Assembly: GCA_963804265.1 (NCBI GenBank)
Contig: CAWDPZ010000050.1
Coordinates: 12,585 to 76,584, forward strand
From: an uncultured Acidimicrobiaceae bacterium
Lineage (GTDB): Bacteria; Actinomycetota; Acidimicrobiia; Acidimicrobiales; Bog-793
Reading direction: 5' to 3'
DNA: 64,000 nucleotides
A program made the translations under genes and the position numbers. The number at the start of each line of letters is the position of its first letter. Position 1 is the first letter of the stretch. This document shows, piece after piece, positions 11,381-25,157 of this stretch. Below the pieces are notes generated by a model. That model had not been told where the DNA came from and made no database searches. It saw nothing but the letters and a program-made list of their open reading frames with translations.

Positions 11381-13443
11381 CTATCCGTACAGGTAAACGT
11401 CCACCGTGGTGCCGACCTGCACGGACCGGCCGGCCGGGGGCAGCTCGGTCAGGACGAAGTTGGCCGCCGGAGGCCCGACCAGGTACCACTTGAGGCCGAG
11501 CGAGCTCAGCGTGTGCTCCGCGACCGCAGCCGTGTCGCCGTTGAGCGGAGGCACCTTCACATAGGGCGGTCCGAGGGAGACCACCACGACCACGGTCGAA
11601 TGGCCCGGGACGGTGTAGCCCGCGGCGGGCTTGGTGTCGATGACGTAGCCGGCCGGGACAGACGGTCGAGTACTGCTGGTTCTCGACCGCGCCAGGTGGA
11701 GCACGGCGAGAGCGGCCTGGGCCTGGGTCCAGTTGACCACTCCGCCGCTCAGGTCGGCCGGCACCACCTCGGGCCTCGGACCTTTCGAGACGACGACGTT
11801 GATCACGTCGCCGTAGAAGACCTTCTTGCCGCTGACCGAGTTCCAGCCCGTGACCTCGCCGGCCGCGACCGTCTCGCTGAAGTGCTTGAAGAAGTGGCCG
11901 ATCAGGTGGCCGCGTGGATCGAGGACCGGGCGGTCGCCTCGGGCATCCCGTCCGAGAGCCTCGGGAGCACGGTCGGATGGCGCCCCCCGCGAGATCACCA
12001 TGGTCACGATCGAGCCCGCCTTGAGACGGGACCCGGACTTCGGGACCTGGGAGATCACGACCCCGGCGGCGAACGGTGGCGCTGTACTGCTCGGCGGTGA
12101 GCTCGGGATACAGCCCGGCCTGTTGCATCGAGGCCCGAGCGGCCAGCACCTGCAGGCCGCCTATTCGCGGGACGGTCTCGCGATGCACGACAGCCACGTG
12201 CCCGCGGGGAAGGACGTGGCTCGCGAAGAGGCCGGCGCCGGCGCCGATCTCGAGCACCAGGACGGCCAGGAGCCACGGCAGCAGCCGGTGCCTGCGCCTC
12301 TTCGGCGGGGGCTCGGCGACCACGACCGCGCCGGCCGTGGTGATCCGCCTCACGCCCGGGAGCACCGTCGTCTCCATGGCGACGGGCCGGGCCCGTTGGG
12401 CGGCGGCTCGGGGGGGCGACCCGGGCGGAGGCCCCCGCCGGTCGCCTCGAGGGCCGGCGGCACGGCTTCGATCGGCTGGGTCGGGGCCGTCACGGCAGAA
12501 GGCCCGGGGGGCGATGATCCCGCGACGCCGAAACGCTCGGTCGGGTCCCGATCCGGGCCCCGTGGTGAGGTGGGCAGGGCGAGGTCGGTGCGTCGCCAGG
12601 GGAAGGGGCTCCGGGGCGTCCAGCTCCTGCATGAGCATCTCGAGCTCCGACGCCAACGCGGCCGCGTGTCCAGGCGGGCGAGCGGCTCGGAGATGGCGGC
12701 CTGGGCGAGGACCGGGGCGAGAGGCCCGAGCTCCCGGGCGGGCGGGAGCACGGCTCCGACACGGGCCATCAGGGTCGCGACGGTGGTGTCGCCGCGAAGG
12801 GAACGCGACCGGTCACCGACTCGTACAAGGTGAGCGCCAACGAGTACACGTCGGTGCGGTCGTCGACCGGGCGACCCTCGACCTGTTCGGGCGACGCGTA
12901 CCGGGCGGTGCCGATGACGCTGCCGAGAGGCTCTGTCACCGCCGCCTCGGCGAGCGCCCGGGCGAGCCCGAAGTCCGCCACGACAAGGCGACCGTCGTCG
13001 TCGAAGAGGAGGTTGGCCGGCTTGATGTCCCGGTGGACGAGGCCCCGCCTGTGGGCATAGGCGAGGCCCTGGGCGGCCTCGGCGCCGATCGCCGCCGCCT
13101 GTTCGGGGCTGAGGAGGAAGCCGGTGTCGAGCAAGGATCGCAGGCTCCCGCCTCCGAGGTACTCGAGGACGAGGTAGGGGACGCCGTCCTCGTCGCCCCA
13201 GTCGTAGATGTGCAGGACGTTGCGATGGTTGAGCGACGCCGCCAGTCTCGCCTCGGCTTGGAACTTCCGGAGGAACGTCGCGTCGCCGGCAAGGGCCGGA
13301 TGAAGAAGCTTGACGGCGACGTGCCGACTGAGCCGCGTGTCGTCCGCGGCGAACACCTGGGCTGAAGCACCGGCGCCGACCACGGCAAGTAGTCGGTATC
13401 GGCCGCCGATGACCCGGCCGACCTGTTCCACGATGCTCGACAT
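11381..13443 (-). CDS. Transmembrane Ser/Thr protein kinase with PASTA domains (several frameshifts)
   Basis: GGRYRL, VAVKLL, HRDIKPAN, DFGLARA, GTARYASPEQ; TM segment LLPWLLAVLVL; PASTA-like segments (VISQVPK.G, VVVSKGP, VVVSLGPPYVKVP). Confidence 0.92.
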
Positions 13444-13510
13444 GGGTATCAGCCAAAGGCTAACGGTTGAAGGCCCAAAACCGGTGGAGGGGCGGCCCGA
13501 GCCGCTGGGA

Positions 13511-15556
<2,046 letters not shown>

Positions 15557-15648
15557 GCGCAACAGATCGTAGGGCGGCACCCGTGGTCCGCAGGCCGATG
15601 GGGTGCCGCGTGCGCCGGCGGCCACCGCACGCGGCCGCGACGGTCAGC

Positions 15649-16697
15649 TCAGGCTGCGGTCCCGGACCCGACGACCTCGTCGCCGACATAGAGGGCGACC
15701 GTCTGGCCGGGCGCGACCCGGCGATCCGGGCCTTCGAGGTAGCAGATGCCGGATTCCGTCAGGCTCACCGGCCTCGGCGCGGCCGTGGGCACTCGACTGG
15801 GCGAGCGCCAGAGCGCCCACGGGGAGAGGCCCGGCGACCCAGGTCCGCCCCGTGAGCTCGACCTCGTCTGTGAGCAGGTCGTCCTCCGTGCCGACCGTGA
15901 CCGTCGCCGTGGCCGCGTCGACCTCGAGCGCGTAATGGCGTCCCGGGGCCGAGATGCCGAGCCCGCGGCGCTGGCCGACGGTCACGAGCTCCACCGCGCT
16001 GACCGTGCCGACGACCGCTCCTGTCGCCCGCTCCACGAGGCGCCCCGGGTGCAGCTCGATCCGCTCGGCCAGGAACCGGCGGCGAGGACCCTGGCCCGTG
16101 CCCCGCCGCGACGAAGCAGACCTCCTGGGAGTCAGGCTTCGTCGCGGTCGGGAGCCCCAGGCCCGCCGGCGTGGGCCCGCACTTGTGACTTGGTGAGCTC
16201 GCCGACGGGCAGGAGCACCCGGGCCAGCTCGTGGACCGTGAGCATCGACAGCACATAAGACTGGTCCTTGGCCGGTCTCGGCCCCGGAGCAGCCGCGGGG
16301 GACCACCGGGAGCATTGCCCGCGACCCGGGCATGGTGACCGGTGGCGACGGCGTCGAAGCCGAGCCGCACCGCACGGTCGAGAAAGCGGCGGAACTTGAG
16401 GTGCCGGTTGCACTCGATGCAAGGGTTCGGCGTCCTGCCGGCGGCGTGCGCCGCGGCGTAGGGAGCGACGACGGCCTCTTCGAACTCCTCCGAGAAGTTG
16501 AAGACGTGGTGTTCGATCCCCAGCCTGGAGGCCACCCGGCGCGCGTCCTCGACGTCGCCGACCGAGCAGCAGCCCGAGTCCCCGGCGCCGCCCCAGAGCT
16601 TCATCGTCGCCCCCACGACCTCGTGGCCGGCCTCGAGCAAGAGCGCGGCCGCGACCGAGGAGTCCACACCGCCCGAGAGCCCCACCAGAACCCGCAC
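15649..16697 (-). CDS. mnmA: tRNA 2-thiouridylase (frameshifted)
   Basis: GLSGGVDSSV, TPNPCIECN, ATGHHAR, KDQSYVL, KPDSQEVCF, TVGQRRGLG, C-terminal VAPGQTVALY. Confidence 0.96.
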
Positions 16698-16810
16698 GCC
16701 CCAATTGTCTCAGAGTGCGGGAGCCGAAGTTGCGGTGCCGGACTGGGCAGCGGGCGGGGCCACCTGCCGGGCGGCGCCCGGGCGGGCAACCGCGGCCTTG
16801 ACGGACGGGC

Positions 16811-17955
16811 TCAGGCCCGCAGGCGCTCCACGGCCTTCGGAAAGGCGAGCAGGGCCGCGTCTATGTCTGTGGCGGTCGTCGCGTGGCCGAGGGAGAGGCG
16901 CACGTGGCGCTTCGCCTCCTGTGGCGTCAGACCCATGGCCACGAGCACGTGGCTCGGCTCGATCGCCCCGCTCGCGCAGGCCGACCCGGCCGAGGCGCAG
17001 ACCCCGAGCTCGTCGAGCACCAAGAGCAGCTCTTCTGCCTCGACGCCTTCGACGCCGAGATTGCAGATGGCGTCGATGCGGTCTTCGCGGCGGACCGCCT
17101 CGTGCACGCCGCTGAGCGAGCCGCGGAGGCCCTCGACGAGACGCGTCGCGAGGTCGCGGACCCGCACGGCCGCGACCTTCTCGGTCGCGGGCGCTCGCCT
17201 TGGCAGCCGCCGCCATGGCGACTATCCCGGGCACGTTCTGGGTACCGGCACGCCGTTCGCGCTCTTGCGGGCCGCCGTGCAGGATCGGCCTGATTCTCGA
17301 CGCCCGATCACGTGCGAGGAGGGCGCCGACGCCTTTGGGGCCTCCGAACTTGTGGGCGCTGAGGCTCACCAGGTCCGCACCGGCGGTCGCCTCCGCCAGG
17401 TCGATCCAGGAGAAGGCCTGCACGGCGTCGGTGTGGACAAGCGCCTGCGGGGCGAGCTCGTGCACGAGCGCAACGACGGCGTCGAGCGGCTGGCGCACCC
17501 CGGTCTCGTTGTTGACGAGCATCACCGAGACGAGCCGCACCGTCTCGTCCAGGGCGTCGGCGAGGGCGTCGAGATCGATCGCGACCACGGCCGTCGACGC
17601 CGATCGTCCGCCCGCCGGCGGCGCGACAGCCTCGAGCACGGCGGGATGCTCGACGGCGCTGCACAGGACGCTGCCGGGGACGCACGTGCCATCGGGACCG
17701 GCCAGGACGCCGAAGACGGCGAGGTTGTCCGCCTCGGTGCCCCCGCTCGTGAACACGAGCCCGCCGGGGCTCGGCACCGAGCAGCCGAGCCAGCTCCTCG
17801 CGGGCTTCGTCGAGGGCCCTCGGCGCGGAACGCGCCACGGCGTGGCTCCCGGAGGGGTTGCCGTAGTGCTCGGCCAGGTAGGGGAGCATCGCGGCGACTG
17901 CCTCCGCGCACATCGGCGTGGTCGCCGCGTGGTCCAGATAGGCGATCGGTTCCAT
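16811..17955 (-). CDS. Cysteine desulfurase (IscS/NifS family), frameshifted
   Basis: YLDHAATTP, GNPSGSH, FTSGGTEADN, HTDAVQ, SAHKFGGPKG, SAGSAC; adjacent to mnmA. Confidence 0.94.
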
Positions 17956-17966
17956 CCGGGAGCCTG

Positions 17967-19113
17967 TCAATCCGTCGGGGCCCCCGGCGGTAGGGAGCAC
18001 CCGTCCGACATCCGAGGCCGGCGCCGGGTACGACGGGACGGTTGCGCGCGTTCGTGAGAGAGCTCACCCCGGGACGGTTGCCTTCGCGCCCGAGGAGGGC
18101 AGGGCTCGTCCTCCCCCGGTGCGCCGCGAGGTCGAAGAAGCCGGCCGTCACCTGCTCGACGACGGCCGCCGCGGCACCGAGGCCCACATACGGGCCGAGA
18201 TGCGTGGAGTTGTCGATGGCGAGGAACCACTTGGGGCCCGGGAGCATGTTGTAGAGCTGGGAGCTGTTGGCCGGATAGTTGCAGGCGTCCGTGAGGCTCT
18301 GGACGACGAGCACGGGCGGTCCGCCGGGCGGAGCCGAGAAGACGTCTGCCGCCCGGGACATCTCGGCTCCGGAGAAGATCCCCACGGCGATCGGCTTGAC
18401 CGGCATCGAGGCGCGGGTCGCGGCGTAGACCTTGTCGTACATGAGGGCGGCGACGGTGTCGCCCCCGTCCGACTGGCCCGCGAGGATGAGCTGGGCAGGG
18501 TTCACCAGGCCCGCCAGGTAGGCCGCGTGCGTTGGCGGCGGAGCCACCTGCGGCGGCGACCACCTGCGAGACGACGAAGGCGACGTCACCGGGCTGGTTG
18601 AACATGTCCGACTCGGTGTCCGCGCCCTGTTGGGCCGCGACCGCGGGCAGGCTCGTGTCGGGAAAGAAGGGCGCCGCCACGACGTAACCGGCCCCGGCCC
18701 AGGACGCGAGCAGGGCGCGATAGGTGTTGGGGTCGACGTTGTAGCCGTGGGCGAACACGATCAGCGGGTAGGGACCGAACCGATAGGCAGGAGCTGCGAG
18801 ATCGACCACGGAGCCCGGCGGCCCGAGGGTCGGGTACAGGATCTCGACCTGCATCGTCCGACCCGGCTGGCTCGTTCCCGCCCGGAAGTTCTCCGTGACG
18901 CCCTGCGCCTCGTCCCATGTCACGATCGACAGCCCGACACCGAAGGCGGCGGGCGGCTTCCGGGCGAGGATGGGAGTCGCGGCGACCTTGCCGAGGAGGT
19001 TTCGCGACGGCCTGTGGGATGGGGCCGTCGTGGCCCGCGGCCGCGAACCGCGGGCCCGGGCCCGTGTGGGATGCCCCCGACGCCGCCGAGCACGCAGTCA
19101 GCGCCAGCGCCAT
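17967..19113 (-). CDS. Exported (lipo)protein alpha/beta-hydrolase, chlorophyllase/dienelactone hydrolase-like; frameshifted, ends uncertain
   Basis: LALTAC lipobox, GPYPLIVFAHG, GYVVAAP.FP, NQPGDVAFV, GQSDGG nucleophile elbow. Confidence 0.72.
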
Positions 19114-19371
19114 GACGAGTGCCAGGAGCGCTCTGCGAGCTGCGGCGCCCGGGCGGTCTCTCGCGACACCGCCGTGTCACCTTGGCCTCCACCTCGTCAA
19201 ATCTACAGGCGCTCCCGGGGGCCGAAAACTGGCGGCCAGCGACAGGACCGGGATGGCACACCTCATTTCACCTGCTCGGCCGGACTCAGGGACCGGCGTG
19301 GCCGGTTCGGGGACCGGAGCGCGGGATCAGCAACGGCGGGTCTCGGGGCACGCCCCGGCGCGCTTGGCCGA

Positions 19372-19858
19372 TCAGCGCGGCTGGCCGATCATGACGACGA
19401 CGGCGACCAGGAACAGCACGGCGACGGCGAACGCCCCCCGCTGCACCACGCGACAGGCGTTGCGGAACTGGCCGAGTTCGCCTGCGGCGCACCAGGCCGC
19501 CATCAGCTCCGGCGGCGAGCCACGCCTGGATCCGCCGTTCCGCGGGCCAGCACCAGGCCGAGACCACTCCGGCCGCAGGACCCAGCATCCGAGGCCGATC
19601 CACGGCCAGGGCTGCGAGACAGCCGAACGGTCGCCGCCGAAGAGCAGGGCCGCGCCAAGTACCGGCGTCAGCAGCATGACCACGCTCGGCCCAGTTCGTG
19701 CCCGGGCGGAAATAACGACGCAAATTGGGTCGTCTGCGCGGTTCGGCGACGGACCTCGCGCGCCCTGCGTAGGTGCCCGTGGCTCCCACGGCGCCGAAAC
19801 CGATTACTGCGCTCAGCACGTGCAGGACCACCAGCACGTCGTAGCCCGGCCCCGTCAC
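19372..19858 (-). CDS. Integral membrane protein (DUF2269-like), frameshifted
   Basis: YDVLVVLHVLSAVIGFG N-terminus, about 4 hydrophobic segments, C-terminal VVVMIGQP. Confidence 0.6.
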
Positions 19859-19923
19859 ACCGACGGTCCGCTCGCTGGGCTTTTTATGGCGATATTGTGA
19901 AGGTGGATGTCAATGCCCTGTCG

Positions 19924-20970
19924 ATGGCCGAGGGAGGCTCGGGCCCGAGCGTGAACCAACTTCGTCTTGATCCGCTTTCGGGGCGGTGGGTGACAGTGGC
20001 GACCGACCGCGCCCAGCGACAGACACTCTTCGTCCCGCGCCAGCTCACGCTCGACTCGCTCGAGGGCATCCCGTGCCCGTTCTGTCCGGAGATGGAGGCT
20101 TTCGCACCACCGGCGCTCGAGGTCTACGGGAGCTCGGGCGAATGGCTCGTCCGGGTCCTCCCCAATCGCTACCCGGCTTTCGAAGGCGACAGGCCGTTCG
20201 TCGTCGAGAACCGTGGCCCGGTGTTCACCGAGGCCCCCGCGAGCGGGATCCACGAAGTACTCGTTCTCTCGCCTGACCACGACAAGACGATGGCCTCGCT
20301 CGCCGACGAGCAGGTGACGCTCGTCATGCTCGCCATCCGCGACCGCGTCCGCGAGCACGAGAGCACCCCGGGCTGCGCTACAGCCAGGTGATCATCAACC
20401 ACGGCCGCCAGGCGGGTGCCTCCATCGCCCATCCCCACGGCCAGCTGCTCGGCATACCGTTCGTGCCGAGGGAGCTTGCCGAGGAGCAGGCCGGCTTCGA
20501 CAGGTTCGCGGGCGGATGCCTCGTCTGCGCGGCGGCGGCCTCCGAAGAGCGGGTCGACTACCGGATAATCCAGACGACCGACCAGGCGGTGACGTTCTGC
20601 CCCTACTGGAGCGGTACCCCGTACGAGGTGCTCGTCGTCCCCCGTGACCACGGCGCTCATCTGCACCGGGCCTCGACCGAGTGCATCGTCGGCGTCGGAC
20701 GCGCCGTGCGCAGCGCCCTGCGGGCCATCAACGAGAGCCTCGGGGACGTGGCCTACAACGTCGTGTTCCACTCCGCTCCCTACCGCGCGACCGGTACCTA
20801 CCACTGGCACGTCCACATCCTGCCCTCGCTTGACGACGCGGGCGGGCTTCGAGCTCGGAACCGGGGTCATGATCAACGTCGTCGGGCCCGAGAAGGCCGC
20901 CGAGGACCTGCGGGCCGCACTTGCCCGCGTCGAGCCGGACACCGGCGGGCAGGTGACCGCCGCCTCTTGA
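19924..20970 (+). CDS. galT: Galactose-1-phosphate uridylyltransferase family (frameshifted)
   Basis: LRLDPLSGRWV, CPFCP, VLPNRYPAF, GIHEV, NHG..AGASIAHPHGQ (HxHxQ), YHWHVHI, AGFELGTG. Confidence 0.88.
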
Positions 20971-21003
20971 GCCCGCGCCCGGGGTGCTCCGCACCCGGGC
21001 GGG

Positions 21004-22203
21004 TCAGCTGGCGGCGGCGACACGCTCGGCCACAAGGGACTTGAGCGACTCCCCCGCCGAGGTGCGGTCGGCCGGGACGAGCCGGCTGATGCCGTCCACT
21101 CCCAGGTAGCCGCTCAAAAAGGCACCCCGGTTGCGGCGCTCCCACGACTTCGCCAGCCGCTGGGCCCTGGCCCAGGTGACGGTGGGCTGTGCCCTGACAG
21201 CCTCGCCCGCGAGCTGCCTGAGCGAGTACGACAGGTCCGCGACGTCCTCCAGCGGGGAGGCAAAGCGCGGCTCGCGCCCGGCCGGCCCCGGCCCGGCGCG
21301 GCCGATCAACGGGTCGTCCCCGAAACCGCCGACTATCCAGCCTGCGTCGGTGCGGAAAACGCGCCGGAGGTGGTAGTCGCCGTGCACCCTGATCGCCACC
21401 TGCGGCGGATCGCCGGCGAGGTTGCGCAGGCCGAAGGCCTCGGCGAGGACGAGGTGCAGGTTGCCGGTGATCTCCCCCAGGCGGCGCATCTCCGAGGACA
21501 GGTCGCCGCCGGCTCCGCCGACCTCGTCACGCCTCGAGCTGTCGTCGTCGAGGTTGCGACCGAGCAGGTCCCGGAGCGAGGTCAGGGCGAGGAGGCGGCC
21601 TTCCACCGCGCCCGGGATGTACTCGCGGACGAGGGCGAGGTCCCATGAGCTGCGCTCCCAGTGGGCCACGGGTCTCGCCATGTGCGCGAAGCCGACCTCG
21701 TCGAGGCGGTAGAGGAGCTCCACCTCGGCCCGGGGGGCGGGCTCGAGCACCCTGTAGCACTTCATGAAGAGGCGCTCGTCGTAGACGAGCGAGGCATGGC
21801 TGACGAGGGACTGGACGAGCCTGACCCGCCGGGCGCTCTCCCGGCCGGCGCTGGCCACGGCGAGAAGACCGGCCGACAGCTCGTCGTCCGCGAGGGCGTC
21901 GTAGCAGAGCACGTCCCCGGCGCCGTCGCTGCACATTCCGAGCACGGCACCTTGGTGGTCGCCGAGCACCGCGGGGGCCAGGGATGCTTCCCGCCATCCG
22001 ACCACGACGTGGAAGGGCCGCTCGCCTACGGTGACGACCACGCTCGCCAACCCGGGGCGCCCGTCCAGCACGATCTCGAGGTCGGCAAGCCTCGGAGCGA
22101 CGTGCAGGCTGTGGTTGAAGCGGGACATGTCGGCCAGGAACCAGGGCTGACGTTCGAGGTAGGGGATCACGAGCGCCTCGAGGGCCTGCGGCGAGGGAGG
22201 CAT
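21004..22203 (-). CDS. Maltokinase (Mak/Pep2)-like protein
   Basis: YLERQPWF N-terminus, SLVYDERLFMKCYR, RVHGDYHL; directly downstream of treS. Confidence 0.8.
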   Translation of the reverse strand: MPPSPQALEALVIPYLERQPWFLADMSRFNHSLHVAPRLADLEIVLDGRPGLASVVVTVGERPFHVVVGWREASLAPAVLGDHQGAVLGMCSDGAGDVLCYDALADDELSAGLLAVASAGRESARRVRLVQSLVSHASLVYDERLFMKCYRVLEPAPRAEVELLYRLDEVGFAHMARPVAHWERSSWDLALVREYIPGAVEGRLLALTSLRDLLGRNLDDDSSRRDEVGGAGGDLSSEMRRLGEITGNLHLVLAEAFGLRNLAGDPPQVAIRVHGDYHLRRVFRTDAGWIVGGFGDDPLIGRAGPGPAGREPRFASPLEDVADLSYSLRQLAGEAVRAQPTVTWARAQRLAKSWERRNRGAFLSGYLGVDGISRLVPADRTSAGESLKSLVAERVAAAS

Positions 22204-22205
22204 CC

Positions 22206-24014
22206 TCAGGACTCCACGAGCTCGAACCAGTAGATGCCGTAGGGCGCCAGCGTGACCGAGTACGGAGCCGAGCTGATACGCGGGAACGGCACGCGCCCGA
22301 GGAGCTCGATCGGCGTGCGCCCCTCCCAGCGGCCGAGGCTGAGCTCGGCGGGCTGGGCGAACCGGCTCAGGTTCGAGACGCAAAGGACGGCGGTCGGCGC
22401 CATGTTCGGCGCGGTCACGACCGGCGCTCCGACCGAGTCCGGACCGACGTCCCACAACGAGGCGCCTTCCAGGGCCGCCGCCTCGCCGACCAGGTTCTCG
22501 GCCGCACGGGCCATGGCGTCGGTGGCCTCCCGGACCGGCGCCTCGAAGTCGCGGGCCTGTCGCACGTAGGCGAGCACCGACGGGTTGTCGGCGGGCAGGA
22601 CCTCGAGCGAGCCGGTTGCGAACTGCGGGTACTGGTGCCGCACCGCCAGCATCCGCCGCAGCCAGTGCAGGAAGGACGAGGGGTCCCTCTGCTCCGCCTC
22701 GACGTTGACGGCCTGGTAGCCGTGCACCGGGTCCATGAGCGGCGGCAGATAGAGCTGGGCGAAGTCGGCCCGGGAGAAGCCGGCGTTGCGGTCGGGCGAC
22801 CACTGCATGGGGGTGCGGACCCCGTCCCGGTCCCCGAGGTAGATGTTGTCGCCCATGAGCAGTTCGTCCCCGTAGTAGAGCACCGGGCTGCCAGGCAGGG
22901 ACAGGAGCAGGCCGTAGAGAAGCTCGGCGACGCGCCGGTCGTTGTCCACCAAGGGAGCGAGCCGGCGCCGGATCCCGAGGTTCCTGCGCATACGCGGATC
23001 GCGGGCGTACTCGGCGTACATGTAGTCGCGTTCCTCGTCGGTCACCATCTCCAAGGTGAGCTCGTCGTGGTTGCGCAGGAAGATCCCCCACTGGCACCCG
23101 TCGGGGATCGGCGGCGTCTGGGCGAGGATCTCGGTGATCGGGAAGCGCTGCTCGCGGCGGACGGCCATGAACATGCGCGGCATGAGCGGGAAGTTGAAGC
23201 ACATGTGGCACTCGTCGCCGTCACCGAAGTACTCGGTGACCACGTCCGGCCACTGGTTCACCTCCGCCAGGAGCACCCTGTTCGGATAGGAGGCGTCGAT
23301 CTCAGAACGGATCCGCCGCAGCAGCTTGTGCGTGGCGGGCAGGCTCTCGCAGTTGGTGCCCTCGGCTTTGTAGAGGTAGGGCACCGCATCGAGCCGGAAG
23401 CCGTCGAGGCCGAGGTCGAGCCAGAACCTGACAACCTCGAGCATCGCGTCCGCGACCTCCGGGTTGTCGTAGTTGAGGTCCGGCTGCTGGTGGAAGAAAC
23501 GATGCCAGTAGTACTGCTGGCGCCGGGCGTCGAAGGTCCAGTTGGACGGCTCGACGTCGCAGAAGATCACCCGCACGTCGGCAAAGCCGTGGTCGTCGTC
23601 GGCCCACATGTACCAGTCGGCCTTGTCGTTGTCGCGCGACGACCTGGACTCGATGAACCAGGGGTGCTCGTCGCTGGTGTGGTTCATGACGAGATCGGAG
23701 ATGATGCGGATCCCCCGGCGATGGGCGTCCTCGACCACCGCGGCGAGGTCGTCGACGCTGCCGAGCTCGGGGGCGACCGTGAGGAAGTCACTTATGTCAT
23801 AGCCCCCGTCGTGCAGCGGCGAGGGGTAGTAGGGCAGGAGCCATACGCAGTCGACGCCGAGCCACTGCAGGTAGTCGAGCTTCTCCCCGAGCCCCTTGAA
23901 GTCGCCGATCCCGTCGGCGTTCGAGTCGAAGAACCCCCGGGGCAAGAGCTCGTAGAAGACCGCACGCTCGTACCACCGCGGATCGTCCAGCCCTGGACGC
24001 GCGGCCGGGACCAC
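22206..24014 (-). CDS. treS: Trehalose synthase / maltose alpha-D-glucosyltransferase
   Basis: WYERAVFYE, DGGYDISD, DLVMNHTSD, DGFRLDAVPYL, FLRNHDELTLE, DRDGVRTPMQW. Confidence 0.97.
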   Translation of the reverse strand: MVPAARPGLDDPRWYERAVFYELLPRGFFDSNADGIGDFKGLGEKLDYLQWLGVDCVWLLPYYPSPLHDGGYDISDFLTVAPELGSVDDLAAVVEDAHRRGIRIISDLVMNHTSDEHPWFIESRSSRDNDKADWYMWADDDHGFADVRVIFCDVEPSNWTFDARRQQYYWHRFFHQQPDLNYDNPEVADAMLEVVRFWLDLGLDGFRLDAVPYLYKAEGTNCESLPATHKLLRRIRSEIDASYPNRVLLAEVNQWPDVVTEYFGDGDECHMCFNFPLMPRMFMAVRREQRFPITEILAQTPPIPDGCQWGIFLRNHDELTLEMVTDEERDYMYAEYARDPRMRRNLGIRRRLAPLVDNDRRVAELLYGLLLSLPGSPVLYYGDELLMGDNIYLGDRDGVRTPMQWSPDRNAGFSRADFAQLYLPPLMDPVHGYQAVNVEAEQRDPSSFLHWLRRMLAVRHQYPQFATGSLEVLPADNPSVLAYVRQARDFEAPVREATDAMARAAENLVGEAAALEGASLWDVGPDSVGAPVVTAPNMAPTAVLCVSNLSRFAQPAELSLGRWEGRTPIELLGRVPFPRISSAPYSVTLAPYGIYWFELVES

Positions 24015-24022
24015 GGCCCCGT

Positions 24023-25018
24023 TCAGCCGAACTCGATGGCAGAGAAGCGGCGCAGCTTACGTAGCTGGTGACGCGCCTCGATCATCCGCACGGTGCCCGA
24101 CTTGGAACGCATCACGAGCGACTCGGTTATCGCCCCCCGATGGTCGTAGCGGACTCCCCGCAGGAGGTCGCCGCTCGTGATGCCCGTCGCCGCGAAGAAG
24201 CAGTTGTTCCCCTGCACCAGGTCGTCGACGGTGAGGACACGGTCGAAGTCGTAGCCGGCCGCGACGGCGGCAGCCCGCTCGGTGTCGTCACGCGCCCAGA
24301 GCCTGCCCTGGATGGCCCCGCCCATGCACTTGAGGGCGGCCGCGGAGATGACTCCCTCGGGCGTGCCTCCGATGCCCATCAGCACGTCGACCCCGGAGTC
24401 GTGCCAGGAGGTGGCGATCGCACCCGCGACGTCGCCGTCGCCGATGAGGATGATGCGGGCGCCGGTGGCGCGCACCTTGTCGATGAGCTCGAGGTGTCTC
24501 GGGCGGTCGAGGACGACGACGGTGAGGTCGTTGACCGCCACGTCCTTCGCGCGGGCGACGGCGGCGAGGTTCTGCGCCGGTGTCGCCGTGACGTCGATCA
24601 CCTCCGCCGCCTCGGGGCCGACGACGATCTTCTCCATGTAGACGAACGGCCCGGGGTCGAACATGCTCCCCCGCTCGGAGACGGCGATGACCGCGAGGGC
24701 CCCGCCCCGCCCCTGCGCGGTCAGGGAGGTGCCGTCGATCGGGTCGACTGCGACGTCGGTCATGGGCGGGGTCCCGTCGCCGATGTGCTCGCCGTTGAAG
24801 AGCATGGGCGCCTTGTCCTTCTCGCCCTCGCCGATCACGACGACCCCGTCCATCGGGACGCTCTGCAGGACGATGCGCATGGCGTCGACCGCCGCCTGGT
24901 CCGCCCCTTCCTTGTCCCCCCGCCCCATCCAGCGCCCCGAGGCCAGAGCCGCCGCCTCGGTCACCCGGACCAGCTCCATGGCGAGGTTCCGATCAGGGGG
25001 CTGACGCTGATCGTTCAC
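24023..25018 (-). CDS. glpX: Fructose-1,6-bisphosphatase class II
   Basis: [49 protein letters not shown]. Confidence 0.97.
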   Translation of the reverse strand: MNDQRQPPDRNLAMELVRVTEAAALASGRWMGRGDKEGADQAAVDAMRIVLQSVPMDGVVVIGEGEKDKAPMLFNGEHIGDGTPPMTDVAVDPIDGTSLTAQGRGGALAVIAVSERGSMFDPGPFVYMEKIVVGPEAAEVIDVTATPAQNLAAVARAKDVAVNDLTVVVLDRPRHLELIDKVRATGARIILIGDGDVAGAIATSWHDSGVDVLMGIGGTPEGVISAAALKCMGGAIQGRLWARDDTERAAAVAAGYDFDRVLTVDDLVQGNNCFFAATGITSGDLLRGVRYDHRGAITESLVMRSKSGTVRMIEARHQLRKLRRFSAIEFG

Positions 25019-25157
25019 CGCGCCGACGATAGCGGCCGCTAAGAGGCGTCGCGCCCTGCGTGGTCCGGGGCGACGGGGCGGGAGGCGAGCTCCGCCGTGG
25101 CCGCGCCGGCGCGGGCCGTCGGCGTCCCGACCGCTGTCGCGGCACTACTGTCTCGCC

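Noticed and set aside
10248-12656. Apparent kinase/PASTA-SDR fusion (802-aa ORF)
   Set aside because: Chance read-through across frameshifts; the kinase ends at 11381 and the SDR starts at 11163.
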